Shown here: positions 30,042-44,584 of the stretch, in pieces | How positions within the stretch are numbered: the first letter of the stretch is position 1 | Layout: each line of letters opens with the position of its first letter | Assembly: GCA_964016885.1 (NCBI GenBank) | Contig: OZ024742.1 | Span: 160,890,001-160,954,000 of the forward strand | Length of the DNA: 64,000 bases | DNA from: Eledone cirrhosa | Lineage: Eukaryota | Reading direction: 5' to 3' | The notes under the pieces: model-generated | Told to the model about the DNA's origin: nothing | What the model saw: only the letters and a program-made list of their open reading frames with translations | Database searches by the model: none | Position numbers and translations under genes: made by a program

Positions 30042-31373
30042 ACATATATATGTATATATATATATATATAAGTATATATATTGCCAGTTACTAAGTTGCG
30101 TTGGGACGTCTCGCTGGTAAACAGATGTAAGCCGGTAAGAACACTCGACGTCATTCGTATATATTCAACATTATGATATTGATCAATAGCGACGGAGTTT
30201 TTATATATGAGGTAATGTTTAGACAGATGTTACATACAATTATTTATTGCTTAATGCGTATTTCAGTGACATCAGTGTACTGCTGTTACGTAATCATTAC
30301 AACACCAACCAGCACCGGTGTGACATCATCAGATGTTAACACAATTATGCCACAGGTAAACGCTTCCATTCTTGCGAAAGTCACAAAACACCCTCCGGAA
30401 ACTAGCGAATTTTATGCACTGCCTAGCAAGGGAACCAGGGTGCCAGCCGAACCACGGATGAATCTTCGCTTTTTAACAGATTATTTAATTGTAGAAACCC
30501 GGGGTTGTGTCGAGTAGGGAGTACATGCCTTAGTAGAAATATCATTTATGAAAGCAAGGTTAGCACTAATAACAAAATAAATACGTACGTACAGTAACAT
30601 CAACTAGGTTTAAGGAAAGGTGGTATAACCACTGTTACACATTTAGAGGAATAGATAAGAAAAATAATACAGCTCTCTCAGAACTGGTGTGAAGACATAG
30701 ACTGAGTATCATAAAATATTCCCTTTCGTGTTCAAAAATTAGTTCGGCACAGCTGTACAGGGGTGGTACTGGCGTATGTGACTTGTATACTACCGAGGTC
30801 ATATAAATAATAAAGAAGGTCACTAGTAATTAATAGAAGAACGAACCTATTCAGCACTTGCCCTCATAGACTGGCCAAAATATTCCTGAAAATATATTGT
30901 TAGTTAATTAGCGGTTCGGAACAGGAGCTAAGGAAATATTATGCTACAACGTAGTATACTACAGCCAAAAGCTGCGACAAGGTAAATTATATAAATTATA
31001 GAAATAAGTTGGGGTGATAATCTTTGAGTTTTAGTTATCGAAGACCACAGTGGTTGGGAGTCTCTGTTTATTTAATTACTGACCACACTTACATACTGTA
31101 TTAAAAAGTATCAAGATATCAAGGGTTGTGCTCTCAGTCGCTTCATGCCAGGGAACCGAGATAAGCACTGGCCTGATGAGCCTCCGAGCTCCAGATAGAA
31201 AGACTTACTCTATGTTACTTACGCTATGCCAGTTACCTTTATTTTTAGATATAATATTTTTATTTTTATTTTCATTTATTCTAATTATATTTTTATTCTT
31301 ATTTCATCCACTTCTCTTATTCATTGATTTATATTATTTTATATTATTTCATATTATTTTATATTATTTTATA

Positions 31374-31910
31374 CTAGCCAAATTACCCGCGCCTTGCGTT
31401 TCACACATTTTTCTTTTTTTTTTTTTGTAAGAAAATGATGATTAATTTTAAATTAGTCATATAATTTATGGAGAAAAAATCTGAATTTCAATATTACTCA
31501 ATGTAAAATGTAATGCATGAAAAATCGGAAAACATTATTTTTTGTAATACATCAAATCAAAATTACATTATTAAATCTTATTCTTATTTTGTTTCTTGTA
31601 AATAATTTTTTTCAAAATATCAATTCAAAACTTGATTATTTCATTTTTGTGTAAAGCATTATTTTATTTGGGCTTCCAAAATGTTCACTATAGGGGGTTT
31701 AACCCCATTAGGGTGTCTTAATATTATTGAAATTTGCTGAAATTTTGTGAATAGGCATCATATTTTTTCATTTACCTATGGTTTAAATTTCATATAAAAT
31801 AGATGGGAAAAACATTTTCAGTGGGGGTTGTGCCCCCGGGGAACCCTCTGATATAAACCTTTGATATAAACCTTCATATCCTTTATTCTCTCACTTTGTA
31901 TTGATATATA
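31374..31910 (-). mobile_element. Possible non-autonomous Helitron-like element
   Basis: ACTAGCCAAATTACCCGCGCCTTGCG resembles the CTAG/hairpin end at 26174. The far boundary is uncertain. Confidence 0.45.
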
Positions 31911-32589
31911 TTGCATTTTTTATTATCTTATTATTTTTTATATTAAAATCTTTATATGTACTCACGGGTCTCGAATAATCGCCCCTTACCCCGATTATTA
32001 ATTTTTCAAATTTTCCAATGCACTCGCGCCGTTAAACATTATTATTTTTATTATTACATTTTACTTATTTATTTCGGTTTCCCACAATCTATCGCTCTTC
32101 CTAGTTATATATAGATTTCGTATCCATACCTTCATACCCTATATGTATTTCAGATTTACACTTTAAGTCCCTCTAAATATTTCCCCAACATTCTAATACG
32201 GCTTAAAGTGATACGTCATTTTTTTTAGTCTATGAATATTTTAGACTATATGTTTAATACATTCCTTTAAATAACCCCGAAATATTTCTAAATTTCCTAT
32301 TTTTCTTTTGTTTTCTCTGTTCATTCCGAAATTTTTACTCTATCGATCCCCCATTGCATTTTCCGCATATAGCAAAATTTACGCAGTCAGAGGTGTAAAC
32401 ACCTAAATTTTAAGTACCTTTATCATTATTTTAAGTATCTTTATCATTATTTTAAGTACCTTTATCACTATTTTATTTTAAACTTGTTATCTTTATTTAA
32501 TTTTAGTTGTACTGTATTATCTTCTACCTAATTACAGTCATTCTATTGTTGGAGACAAGAATACCTTCAAGATCACAGCCCTCATCCAA

Positions 32590-33248
32590 TCGGTCAGTAT
32601 GATCAGTGGCTTTATAAAGAGGTGGTGGGAAGAAACTATGACGTTCTTGAGGAGACTCTGGGCATTGACGAAAATCAACTAGTCACTATTTTCCAGAGGA
32701 TTTTCAGTCCAGGGCCCATGAATAACTTCCAGAAATTCCTGGCTTGGCAGTGCTACCGAAGATATTTGCCAGTTCGAAATAAACTCTACAGGCATGGACG
32801 TCCGGTCACCCGGGCTTGTCCGAAATGTGCACAAGGCGACGAAACTGTCATGCACGCACAGATCAAGTGTCCGAGTATTGCTGACTGGTGGGTTTATGTC
32901 GAACACCTGCTGTCACATGAGGCACGGATCCAGCTATGAACTGAAGCTATTGGAAAGATTGTTCTACCGTCATCTTTAGAGGGAAAGGATACTTTTCATC
33001 TGCCTGGTGGCCAGGGCAAAAGTGGTCGTGTGGTGGACGCGAAGCCCTGATTAACGTGGCTTACTGTAGGCTTTTTCCATGAGTGACTCCCACATTGGGA
33101 GAATTTGTAATGTTTGATTTTTTAGTCTTTGCTATAAATATATATTTTACACAAAAATGTATAGCAAAGACATTTTCACACTATACCGTCCTCTGTCATC
33201 TTTAAAGTTTTCTTTAATGAGAGCCCGGTGTGGCTAATAAAGAAATCA
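32590..33248 (+). mobile_element. 3' end of L1/Tx1-like LINE (zinc-binding C-terminus plus 3'UTR)
   Basis: FLAWQCYRRYLPVRNKLYRHG....ACPKC...DETVMHA..KCP (zf-RVT-like), ending GGCTAATAAAGAAAT. Confidence 0.8.
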
Positions 33249-33264
33249 TTGTTATTACTAGTGA

Positions 33265-33308
<44 letters not shown>

Positions 33309-33968
33309 ATTAGTATTGTGAGTTTTGCTATTACTAATATTAATATTACGGCACGATTAGTTTGGTAGTATTTGACGGGGGTAGATGGCCGTTGGCTCTG
33401 AGCCCTTTATACAGCTCTTGTTTTTGTGCTGCTGGGGTGCTACTTACCCTCCTCGCCAGACAAAAATCTAGTAGTGGAATCGGTTTAATCGCCTCAAACA
33501 GGTCACTCACCAACTTGGTCAATAATAACTGTGATATATTACTTAATATGAACATACTCCTATAGATTCACTAGTGAAGCGACAATACCCACACGAAATA
33601 ATTAGTGCGATCGACAAGATTAAGATTGAACATTAAAAGTATTAATATATATATATATGTGTGTGTGTGTGTATGTTAGAAAATGTGTAAAATCGTCGGT
33701 ACGGTTAAGTATATTTAAAAAAAGGAAAAGAATTACATCATTTGTAGTTCTAAATAATTGAATTTAATTTTATGATATTATAATTTTACAAATTGTAAAA
33801 TATAATATTATTAAATTAAATTAAATTGTTTAGAACTACAAGTGAAATCATTCATTTCCTTTTTTTAAATATATATATATATATATATATTATTTATATA
33901 CCTATGTATATAAATATATATATATATATGGAGGAGGTTATAGTTCACTTGAAGCATTGTGTAATGAG

Positions 33969-34302
33969 GTATAAACGTTTGAATATGTGTAATAAGGCCA
34001 AAACAATGCAGGTATGGACATAGAAAAAAGAATGCAATAGTAAAAGAATTCGTCTTTCACCTTGAATTTATTTAAATGTCCTTGATTTTCGAGATAATAT
34101 CTCTTCTTCGGAGGGAAATAAAGAGATTTAAGACGCTGGTTTGAGATCTTTATTTCCCTCCGAAGAAGAGATATTATCTCGAAAATTAAGGACATTTAAA
34201 TAAATTCAAGGTGAAAGACGAATTCTTTTACTATTGCATTCTTTTTTCTATGTCCATACCTGCATTGTTTTGGCCTTATTACACATATTCAAACGTTTAT
34301 AT
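33969..34302. mobile_element. Fold-back palindrome (~155-bp arms) carrying a CCGAAGA-variant hammerhead motif on each arm
   Basis: CCT-CCGAAGA-A-GAGAT-ATT-ATCTC-GAAAAT[T/C]A-AGG at 34156-34192 (+) and 34079-34116 (-); (TA)n follows. Confidence 0.7.
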
Positions 34303-34348
34303 ATATATATATACATGCAAATATTTTAAAGTCTAAATGTATATATAT

Positions 34349-34457
<109 letters not shown>

Positions 34458-34685
34458 ATCTGAGTTTTTCAAATGTTAATAATAATATTCGATTCGTTTG
34501 CAATTATGCAAACAGCCTCTTTTAAGCCATGTCTGTAGAATAATCCGCTCATTCTTGCTCTTAAATATTCATTTAAACTTTAAAATATTTGCATGTATAT
34601 TTATAGAGGTTTCTTTAAAATTTTCAAATAAATCACACTTTAAAATGTTCAAATAAATCACATGTATCGATGTTATATATATACA

Positions 34686-34769
<84 letters not shown>

Positions 34770-34998
34770 AAGAGGGTTAGAGGGAGAGAGTTTTCAGTTA
34801 AACAAAGGATGGAGACCGCAGTTAAATTATTAATATACGAGGTAGAAATGGTACTTACATTTATTTCAAATACAAATGACGTGTGTGTGTGTGTGCATAT
34901 ATGCATACAAACACACTTACACAGATACATATATATATATATATATATATAAATATATATTTTTTCATAATAATCGTCTTTTTCTCCCTATTTTCATA

Positions 34999-35060
<62 letters not shown>

Positions 35061-35324
35061 TCTTCACATTTATTATCATTACTATATATATATATATACG
35101 TATTGCCTGAACGTATGGCTTTAATCACTATATATATATATATAAAAGTAATTATAATGGAGTATTCCACTGTTATATTGTTTACATATGCAAGTACCAT
35201 AATCACCTGTGTAGACAGATAATGAAGGCTTAACAAACCGTCTTTAAATGGATTTAAGTTACTAATCTTGGTTTTTCTAGATTTTAAATAAATACATATA
35301 TATATATATATGTTTTATCAGTTC

Positions 35325-35376
<52 letters not shown>

Positions 35377-35719
35377 TCACATACCCATTTATATATATAT
35401 ATATATATGTGTGTGTGTCTGTGTATGTGTGCGTGTGTGTGTGTTAAAATAACAGATTAAAGCAAAGAATCGTTGCTTTCACCATTAACGGGATCTTCTG
35501 AAGCTCTACGGTTTTTATATATATTTATATATATATATATTATATATGTTTTTTTTATGTATATGTATATATATAATTATATATGTATATATATAATTAT
35601 AGATAGTTTTCTGAAGTGGGGTCTGAAAACATCCACAATTAATATATATATATATTTATTTATTTATTTATATCATACATACATATATATATATACATAT
35701 TTATTTATTTATATTATAT

Positions 35720-35900
35720 TATTGTTTCTACTTTAGGCACAAGGCCAGCAATTACCCAGTGCATTACTTTATTTTATCGACCCCGTAAGGATGAAAGGCA
35801 AAGTTAACCTCGGCTGGATTTGAACTCAGATCGTAAAGAGACGTAACTATGCTGCAAAGCATGGCGTCCGACCCTCCACCGATACTTTCAATCCACCGCC
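35720..35900 (-). mobile_element. tRNA-derived SINE
   Basis: Same core as 6115-6298. Confidence 0.85.
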
Positions 35901-36036
35901 CTTTATATGATATAATGTGTGTGTGCTTGTGTGTGTATGTAAGGGAAAAATAAACGGAAACTAAACTACAAAGCAAACAATACAATATATATATTAGTTT
36001 AGTGCTTGATATAGTAGGAATCTTAACGTTTATATA

Positions 36037-36084
<48 letters not shown>

Positions 36085-36086
<2 letters not shown>

Positions 36087-36356
36087 GATGGCTTCCAAAA
36101 ATAATGGTTGCATTTTAATAGGGTACGTCAAAGCTTATTTGTAAAACTGTTATATATTGTATTTTGTCTGATGAAAGCATACCATAATTTAATTTGGTAT
36201 CCCTGAAATATGTATAATGAAATAAATATGGTTTTATAAATAGAGTTTCCATTTATTAATATCGTATATCTACTCCAAATACTTGTCGAGTGCTTTATAT
36301 CAGTTATAAAAATATTTACTTGTTGTATCCCAACAATTTTAAATAGAACTTTTGCA
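36085..36356 (+). mobile_element. Family A HHR module (no inversion)
   Basis: CTGATGA at 36168, stem AAGCATACCA/TGGTATCCCT, then GAAATATGTA; (TA)n on both sides. Confidence 0.75.
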
Positions 36357-36407
<51 letters not shown>

Positions 36408-36435
36408 GTATATATATATATGTATATATATATAT

Positions 36436-36526
<91 letters not shown>

Positions 36527-36718
36527 TCAGATTATGTGTTAGTTTAACACCACACATTTCAGTATGCAGGGTAGAGAACTGTCTGAAGAGATTATAGCTG
36601 TTGAATTGTGGCTATCACCGAAATATATATAACGGTAATGAAAGAAGTAAATTATGAAATGCTGACTTATACCTCTTGTTTATATATATATATATATATA
36701 TATAGATATATATATAAA

Positions 36719-36905
36719 TAACGAAGGAGTTGTGGTAGGGAACCAGATGGACCATAACGCACTAGAGTACTCAATACTTGGAGTAGTAGAGTGTGTAATA
36801 GGAACATGTATGACCCCGACGGCAGAGCGCAAGCCGTTTCGACGGCTATTTCAGTCCAGAAATAGCCATCGAAACGGCTTGAGCTCTGCCGTCAGGGTCA
36901 TACAT
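36719..36905 (-). mobile_element. Family B palindromic half-HHR module (more diverged)
   Basis: Homologous to 10609-10813. Confidence 0.75.
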
Positions 36906-36965
36906 TTTCATATCTATATATATATGACAGTTGAACATTGCAAACTTGACTGCCACCACTGAATA

Positions 36966-37004
36966 TGAACCTGAAGATTGCGAAAGCATGAAAGTACTTG
37001 TTCA
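36966..37004 (+). ncRNA. Minimal hammerhead ribozyme
   Basis: TGAAC-CTGAAGA-TTGC-GAAA-GCAT-GAAA-GTAC-TT-GTTCA: 5-bp stem I and palindromic GTAC loop III. Confidence 0.75.
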
Positions 37005-37520
37005 ATTAACACTTAACTTTTAATATTCTACCGTACTATTTCATTATAATATCATTATAATTATATCATTATAATTATATCATTATAATATCATTATAAA
37101 TCAGACAAAGTTGGAATTCCTTTTATTAATATAATCTTCTATGCAAAATCATACACACCCGTGTATATTTATTTATATCTATATCTATATATATATCTAT
37201 ATATCTATATATCTATCTTTATATATATATATATATGTATGTATACAGTGAGGGAAAGAGTAATTAGTTAATATCACTCACTGTTCCATATCTCATCTCA
37301 CTGATTATAACACACTTGAATCTTATTTATGTGCACAATTTCTGGCTTCTTTCAATTTCTTCTAATAACCATAACTATCACGTTAAATTTGATGGTAATT
37401 GTTTCATTACAAATATCTAAGAAAATACACAACCTATGTTTTTCAATCAATTTTGTAAATAATCAATAATCTGAAAGAGTGTAGTAAAATAACTAACCAC
37501 ATTATTACGCTGGTAGATTA

Positions 37521-37880
37521 CGGTGGATTGAGAGTATCAGCAGAGCATCAGACACCATGCTTTACAGCATAGAGTTATGGCCCTTTACGTTTTGAGTTCA
37601 AATCCCGCCGAGGTTAGCTTTGCCTATCATCCTTACGGGGTCGATAAAATAAAGCACCAGTAATGCACTGGAATAAATGCTGGCCTTGTGCCAAACGCAG
37701 AAACAATTATTATTGTCGGACACACTGCTTCGTGGCAGAGAGTTACGGCCCTTTACGTTCAGAGTTCAAATCCCGCCGGGGTTAGCTTTGCTTTTCCTCC
37801 TTACGAGGTCGATGAAATAAAGTACCAGTAATACACTGGTTTCATTACTGGCCTTGTGCCAAAAGTAGAAACAATTATAA
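37521..37880 (+). mobile_element. Two tandem tRNA-derived SINEs
   Basis: GAGTTCAAATCCCGCCGAGGTTAGCTTTGCC...GTCGATAAAATAAAG occurs twice. Confidence 0.85.
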
Positions 37881-38553
37881 CGCTGGTGTTTAGTGGAAAG
37901 CCAAAGATAATCTTGTCATAATAATATTTTATATTTAAATATGATTACTTTAACACCAGATGTTTGTCATTCTAGAATTGAGGTGTTTTGAGTGGGTTTA
38001 TATGAAAAGTGTTACCATATGCCGGGTCGCCCTAGTATAGTGGTTTTGTACGCTTCTCCGGTGAACTATTGCTGTGTAGTTTTGATTCCCGAAAACGGAA
38101 CCTTCACATATCTAGCTTGTATATAAACATATCATTTAAGGTTAAGTTGGTGGTCCTGTGGTAAGTTACTAATGTAACTATGCATAGTAAGGGAATCTAT
38201 GCATCAGTGGCAAGGTTTCAATCCTTGCTGGAGATTTATCATAATAGTTATCTATAAATGTGTGTGTGTCTGTGTGTGAGTTTTTCATTGTAAACTTAAA
38301 TAATAGATTTAATAATGGAAAGAAATGTGTGTATTTGTATAAATTTATCTGCCTGTATGTGTTAATGGGTGCATGTATTTATATGTGTGTTTGAGTGTGT
38401 ACGAGTATTTGTCTAAATGTATATGTATTTATAGACATGTGAGTATATAGAGGCGCCTACAAGCAATCGGGTGTATATGTGTATGTAGTTGTGCATACGT
38501 TGTGTACAATGTGTATGTACACATACACACACATACACACATATATATATATA

Positions 38554-38590
<37 letters not shown>

Positions 38591-39084
38591 GTATATATAT
38601 ATATATATATATGTATGTATATATACATATGTATACATATATATATATATATATACATATATGCATATATATATACATATGTATTCATATATACACACAC
38701 ATATATATATATATATATGCATATATATATACATATACATATATACATATATATATATGTGTATGTATGTGCGCGCGACGTGTGAGTGTGTGTATGTGTG
38801 TGTATAGACGTATATGTATGTGTGTGTGAAAAGGCATGCATGAGTGCGTATCATAAAAAAAAAAAGACAGACAAACAAATGTACTCGATTTATCACGATT
38901 GAGAAATAGCGATACATAAGATGTCTGTATTACATACTAGCTTCGTCTCATTTCTTGCTATGTAGAATAACACCTGCCTCCATCTATTGTATACTAGAAT
39001 GATTTACAGTGATACACTTTATCTGAACAACTCAACATCTATCTCATTCTCTGATATACATATATACAACAACTGGCATATTGC

Positions 39085-39285
39085 TTTTGGCAGAATAGTT
39101 AGAGCGTGGGAGAAAATGATTTACGGCATTTGTTCTGGCACTTCGTGTTCTAAGTTCAAATCCTGCGAGATCAACTTTACCTCTTTTTTTTTCCTTCTGG
39201 TAAGTACCAGTCAAATACCGGTGTAGTATTAATCGAATTGCAGTTCCACCTAGATTGCTGGTTTTGTGCCTAAATTAGTACCATT
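39085..39285 (+). mobile_element. Diverged SINE
   Basis: TTGGCAGAATAGTTAGAGCG...AAGTTCAAATCCTGCGAGATCAACTTT. Confidence 0.7.
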
Positions 39286-39646
39286 ACTGCTTGAGATTTT
39301 CCTCTATTTTTAATTTTTATTTCGGTGGTGGTGGTGGTGGTAGGGGGGCTGTGGTATTGAGGAGTTTGCTACGCAACCACGTGGTCGTGTGTTAAGACAT
39401 AGGAAAGGGTCTTCTATTATAACTTCCGGTTGACAACAACTTTGTGAGTGGTCAACCGGAAGTGATCAGCTCCAGATGCAGAAGCCTGTCGTATATATAT
39501 AGAAGCTCTCCGAAACGACAAGAACTCAGCCGTCACGTAGTAACTCATTATAATACTTTCATGGGTATTGATTACAGTTTAAATAATTGGTAACTCCCAA
39601 TTTCTCTCTGTCTCCCTGTCTCTCTGTCTCTCTCGCTCTCTCTGTG

Positions 39647-39703
<57 letters not shown>

Positions 39704-39723
39704 CTCTCTCTCGCTTTCTCTCC

Positions 39724-39769
<46 letters not shown>

Positions 39770-39771
<2 letters not shown>

Positions 39772-40045
39772 GCAGAAGTTATATTGAATTTGTTGGGATT
39801 CAACAAGCTTAAAAGTTTTATAACTGATATAAAGCACTCAACAAATTACTGGAGTAAATATTCAATATATTAATATCCAGCGAACCTTCAACCGTCAAAG
39901 TTGTTTTTCTACGGGTATGTCAACATTTATAAAACAAATTTTGTATTTTATCTGATGAAAGCGCACCAAAACTGCCTTGGTTGCCCTTTAAATATATATA
40001 ATAAAATAATTCTGGTTTTATAAATATAATTTACATTTATTAATA
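39770..40045. mobile_element. Family A HHR module, rearranged (3' part inverted) with decayed core
   Basis: CTGATGA at 39952, but GAAA reads TAAA. 39770-39875 is the reverse complement of the family 3' end. Confidence 0.65.
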
Positions 40046-40169
40046 TATATATATACAATATATAAGCTCTGCCGTCGGGGTCATACTTTTTCCTATTTCC
40101 AACTCTACTACCCTAAGCATTGAGTACTCTGGTGCGTTACGGTCCATCTGGTTCCTTACCACAATACCT

Positions 40170-40573
40170 TTGTTATATATATATATATTTATATACACAC
40201 ACACACACATATATATATATACATATATATATATATTGAGAGAGAGGGGGGAGATGTATGTATGTGTTATATATATATATATTTATATACACACACACAT
40301 ATATATATATACATATATATATATATTGAGAGAGAGGGGGGAGATGTATGTATGTGTTATATATATATATATTTATATACACACACACACACATATATAT
40401 ATATACATATATATATATATTGAGAGAGAGGGGGGGAGATGTATGTATGTGTTATATATATATATATTTATATACACACATATATATATATATACATATA
40501 TATATATATTGAGAGAGAGGGGGGAGATGTATGTATGTGTTATATATATATATATTTATATACACACACACAC

Positions 40574-40604
<31 letters not shown>

Positions 40605-40666
40605 GAGAGAGAGGGGGTGATGTATGTATGTGTTATATATATATATATTTATATACACACACACAC

Positions 40667-40697
<31 letters not shown>

Positions 40698-40725
40698 GAG
40701 AGAGAGGGGGTGATGTATGTATGTG
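40170..40725. repeat. Higher-order tandem repeat of a ~88-bp compound-microsatellite unit, about 6 copies
   Basis: Recurrent TTGAGAGAGAGGGGGGAGATGTATGTATGTGTTATA anchor. Confidence 0.85.
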
Positions 40726-40859
40726 TGCCCGTGTTTGTGTTGACATTAGCTATCTGACAAAACAGATCGATAAAATGAGTACCACACGTGTTAAACTAAG
40801 TTCTGGGATTGATATGGCCGTCTAAATTAAGGCGGTACTCCAGAATGGTCGCAGTTTGG

Positions 40860-41145
40860 TAGTGATGGTGGAAGCGGGGAGGACGAAGAAAGTAACAAGG
40901 ACGACGGCGACTATGAGGATGATGCAAACTAAGATGATAATAATGATCACCTTAATGAGGATGTTGATGATGATGGTGATGGTGGTGATGATGGTGATGC
41001 TGGTGGTGGTGGTAATGATGGCGATGATGATGATGATGATGACGTCGACGACGATGATGATGATGATGATGAATAGGAGGAGCAGAAACAGCAGGAGGAG
41101 GAAAATTCTAGTTAAGTTCTCTACTAGTTGCAAGGAGGAGGACTA
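40860..41145. repeat. (GAT/GGT/GAG)n low-complexity tract
   Basis: Seen directly. Confidence 0.85.
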
Positions 41146-41309
41146 AAGTTGCAATATGTTACTGCTCATCATATTGTTTGGGTATTTCCTTTCTTCCACC
41201 TTGAGCCCATTATGATCTCAACACTGAACCAGGAGAAGGTTGTTGTCCACTTGCTTACAGTCTAAAATCAAACCTGTTATTATCCATCTACCCTTCAGTG
41301 AAGGTTAAT

Positions 41310-41550
41310 TCCCGAGGTGTCTTGTGTCTTTGAGCAAGACCCTATATTTCACGTTGTTTTAGCCCACTCAGCTGGAAAAAATGAGCTGTACCTGTAATTC
41401 AAATGATCGGCCTTATCATGCAATCTTCCCTGCTTAATTTCCCGAGAACTACGTTAAGGGTGCACATACATGTGGAATACTCAAACATTTGCACATTAAC
41501 TTCAAATGTAGAATGTTCCATTATTCAAATAAGTGGAACAGTCTACTCGT
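41310..41550 (+). mobile_element. SINE body
   Basis: TTGAGCAAGAC...CACTCAGCTGG...CCCGAGAACTACGTTAAGGG is shared with 53780-54025. Confidence 0.7.
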
Positions 41551-41784
41551 GAAGGTCCAACACTCACACAACATCCATCGACATCACCGTTATGTAACAA
41601 TAATAACAATAACATTTTCAATATAATTTAAAATGGGACAGCAAATAGAGGGTAGAAGCATGCATCAATGAATGTTTTCTGAAGATGTACGGCCCGCAGT
41701 GTAGAGCATTCCAGTATAGAGTTAAATAGTCAGGCGAGAAACCATCTACCTATATAACGTTAAGAGAGATAGGTAATATGACTT

Positions 41785-42380
41785 TCGGAGTTGTACTTGT
41801 CTAGCAAGGGACTTCATCTAAGATAGTGTTTAAACTAAAACAATTACATTGCGAAAGAGTCATTTTAGCCACAGTTTTTCTTGTCTGGCAAATTACTTGA
41901 TCGAAGACTGTGTTGGAAGTAAAGGAATTACAACGTAGAAGAGTCATTTTAGCCACAGTTGTACTTGTCTGGCAAGTGACATAATCTGAGACCTGTGTTG
42001 AAAGTAAAGCAATTACATTGTAGAAGAGTCATTTTAGCCTCAGTTGTAATTGTCTCGCAAGTGAGATGATCTGAGACCTGTGTTGAAAGTAAAGCAATTA
42101 CATCGTAGAAGAGTCATTTTAGCCTCAGTTGTACTTGTCTCGCAAGTGACATGATCTGAGACTGTGTGTTGAAAGTAAAGCAATTACATCGTAGAAGAGT
42201 CATTTTAGCCTCAGTTGTAATTGTCTCGCAAGTGACATGATCTGAGACCTGTGTTGAAAGTAAAGCAATTACATCGTAGAAGAGTCATTTTAGCCTCAGT
42301 TGTACATGTGTGTCAAATGACATGATCTGAGACTGTGTTGAAACTGAAGCAATTATATTGTGGAAGAGTAATTTTAGTTA
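41785..42380. repeat. ~85-bp tandem repeat, about 7 copies
   Basis: GAAGAGTCATTTTAGCCTCAGTTGTACTTGTCTCGCAAGTGACATGATCTGAGACCTGTGTTGAAAGTAAAGCAATTACATCGTA. Confidence 0.9.
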
Positions 42381-43067
42381 TTCATTAAAACAAACAAAAT
42401 ATATGTAATTGTTTTTCTTTGAGTGAAACTTTTCCCCGCACTCTTTTGCGACCTGGTAACGGATACAGTTCTACTATCATTCTGAGTTGTGCCAATTACC
42501 AGGTACCGCGCGGTTCAATGAAAATTTCGACATCAAGAAATAAATGATAGATGTAACATAAAGACATCATATTTTGACGAAAATTTCGACATCAAGAAAT
42601 ATAATATAAAGACATCATATTTTGTTCGTGGTTTTTTTTTATTTAGTGCGCGTATGTGACTGTTTTTGAAAACCTAAAAGGACGAGACGCTTTCACGAAA
42701 ATACAAGTGCCAACTAATAAGTATTTAAACCGCAGCAGATTAAAATATTCTTCTGAAAGGCCAACTGTGAGACCTAATAATTAAGTTGTGAGAACAGACA
42801 CAAATAAAAGCTGCAGGAGTTGTTTCCGGGACTAGCAAAATAAGTAGGTTCTTACGTTGGCGTAAAACCAGAACTACATTCACAAAGATTATAAAGATTG
42901 TACGTGTCTGTACTGCATATATACACGCTCATATACTTATACGCTTATATATATACATATATATAAATATGTGTGTGTGTGTGTATGTGTGCGCGCGTGT
43001 GTGTATGTGTGCTTCCTCTTCACGCACTCCATCTCTCTATTTTATCTTTTATTTATTTCTCATTCTA

Positions 43068-43102
43068 ATTTCTGATGAAGGACTTGTGCCCGAAACGTAA
43101 AT
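43068..43102 (+). ncRNA. Minimal hammerhead ribozyme
   Basis: ATTT-CTGATGA-AGGACTTGTGCCC-GAAACGTA-AAT. Related to family D; the module ends at (TA)n near 43168. Confidence 0.65.
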
Positions 43103-43866
43103 ACTATTTGTCTAATATATTTCTTGTATTGTGTTGTTTTCTTTGTTGTTTCTGTTTTAATTTTTGCATATATATATATATATATGTATTGAAATATCCG
43201 TTGAAAATATATATATATTTGCATATATGAATATCTATATATATGTGTATATATATGTATATGTATATATGTACACACATATATATATACACACACACAC
43301 ACACATACATATTCATATATACATCTAAAACAAAATTGTAAAATTATAATATAAAATTAAATTAAGTCATTCTTTTTTTTTAAATATATGTATACATATA
43401 CATATTTATATATACATATAAATACACACAAGCATACACAAACACACACACATATACACACCCCCATACAACACATATAAAGTGATTGATCACGGTTGTT
43501 AACACCTTTCATTGTATTATAGTTCACCTCAATCAGGGCTGGCCTGGAGGTAATAAAAAATATGACAATTTGTAAAAGAAGTTCTAATATCAGGAATAAT
43601 TTAGGTTAAAACCAAATGATTTATTTTTATTAGAAAGAGAAAAAAATTGAAAGACTGCTTTAATCGTATGTCTAAAACATACTAAATAGTATATTAGAAT
43701 GAAATAAGGAAGCCATATATATTTGTAAGCATGTTTCATTATTTTAAAGTCGGTTTTTAACATAGAGACAAGACTTTCATTGGAATAGAGACGTCAACTC
43801 GGTAAATATGTCTGCATGTCTGCATGCGTGCGTGTCTGTGCGTGTGTTTATGTGTATGCGTGTGTA

Positions 43867-43908
<42 letters not shown>

Positions 43909-43920
43909 TATGTGTGTTAA

Positions 43921-44007
<87 letters not shown>

Positions 44008-44504
44008 ATGTAAGTATGGATGTCATTGCATGTGTGGATCTGTATGCTTTGAGTTATGTGTACACGTGCATATGTTTTGTATCTGTTCAAGTGTATATGC
44101 AGTTATTACATGCAGAATTTTTGAAATGTTTTGCATATTTTTACAGTTCCATCAATGGGTTGTACTTGTAACTTCCGAATTAGTCATGTTCTTAGTCGTT
44201 ATGTATGTATATATGTATATATGTATGATGCATGTATGTATGTGTGTGTGTGTATGTATGAGTGTATGTATGTATGTATGTATGTATGTATGCATATATG
44301 TATGTATATATGTATGGTGTATGTATGTGTGCATGCATGTGTGTATGTATGTGTGTATATATTTATGTATGTATGTATATATGTATGAGTGTATGTATCT
44401 ATGATGTATGTATGTATATATGTATGTATGTATGTGTTTGTGTTCTGCACTCGTATTGATATATTTGATATTTAAGTTTGGATTAGAGTATAAGGCTTGA
44501 TTTA

Positions 44505-44584
<80 letters not shown>

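Noticed and set aside
30173-30517. 114-aa non-repetitive ORF
   Set aside because: No recognisable domain or splice context.
39500-39545. GAAAC-GAC-AAGAACTCA-GCC-GTC half-ribozyme (similar stubs near 44855, 45647, 47484)
   Set aside because: Only the 3' half is present and too short to call, though consistent with truncated modules.
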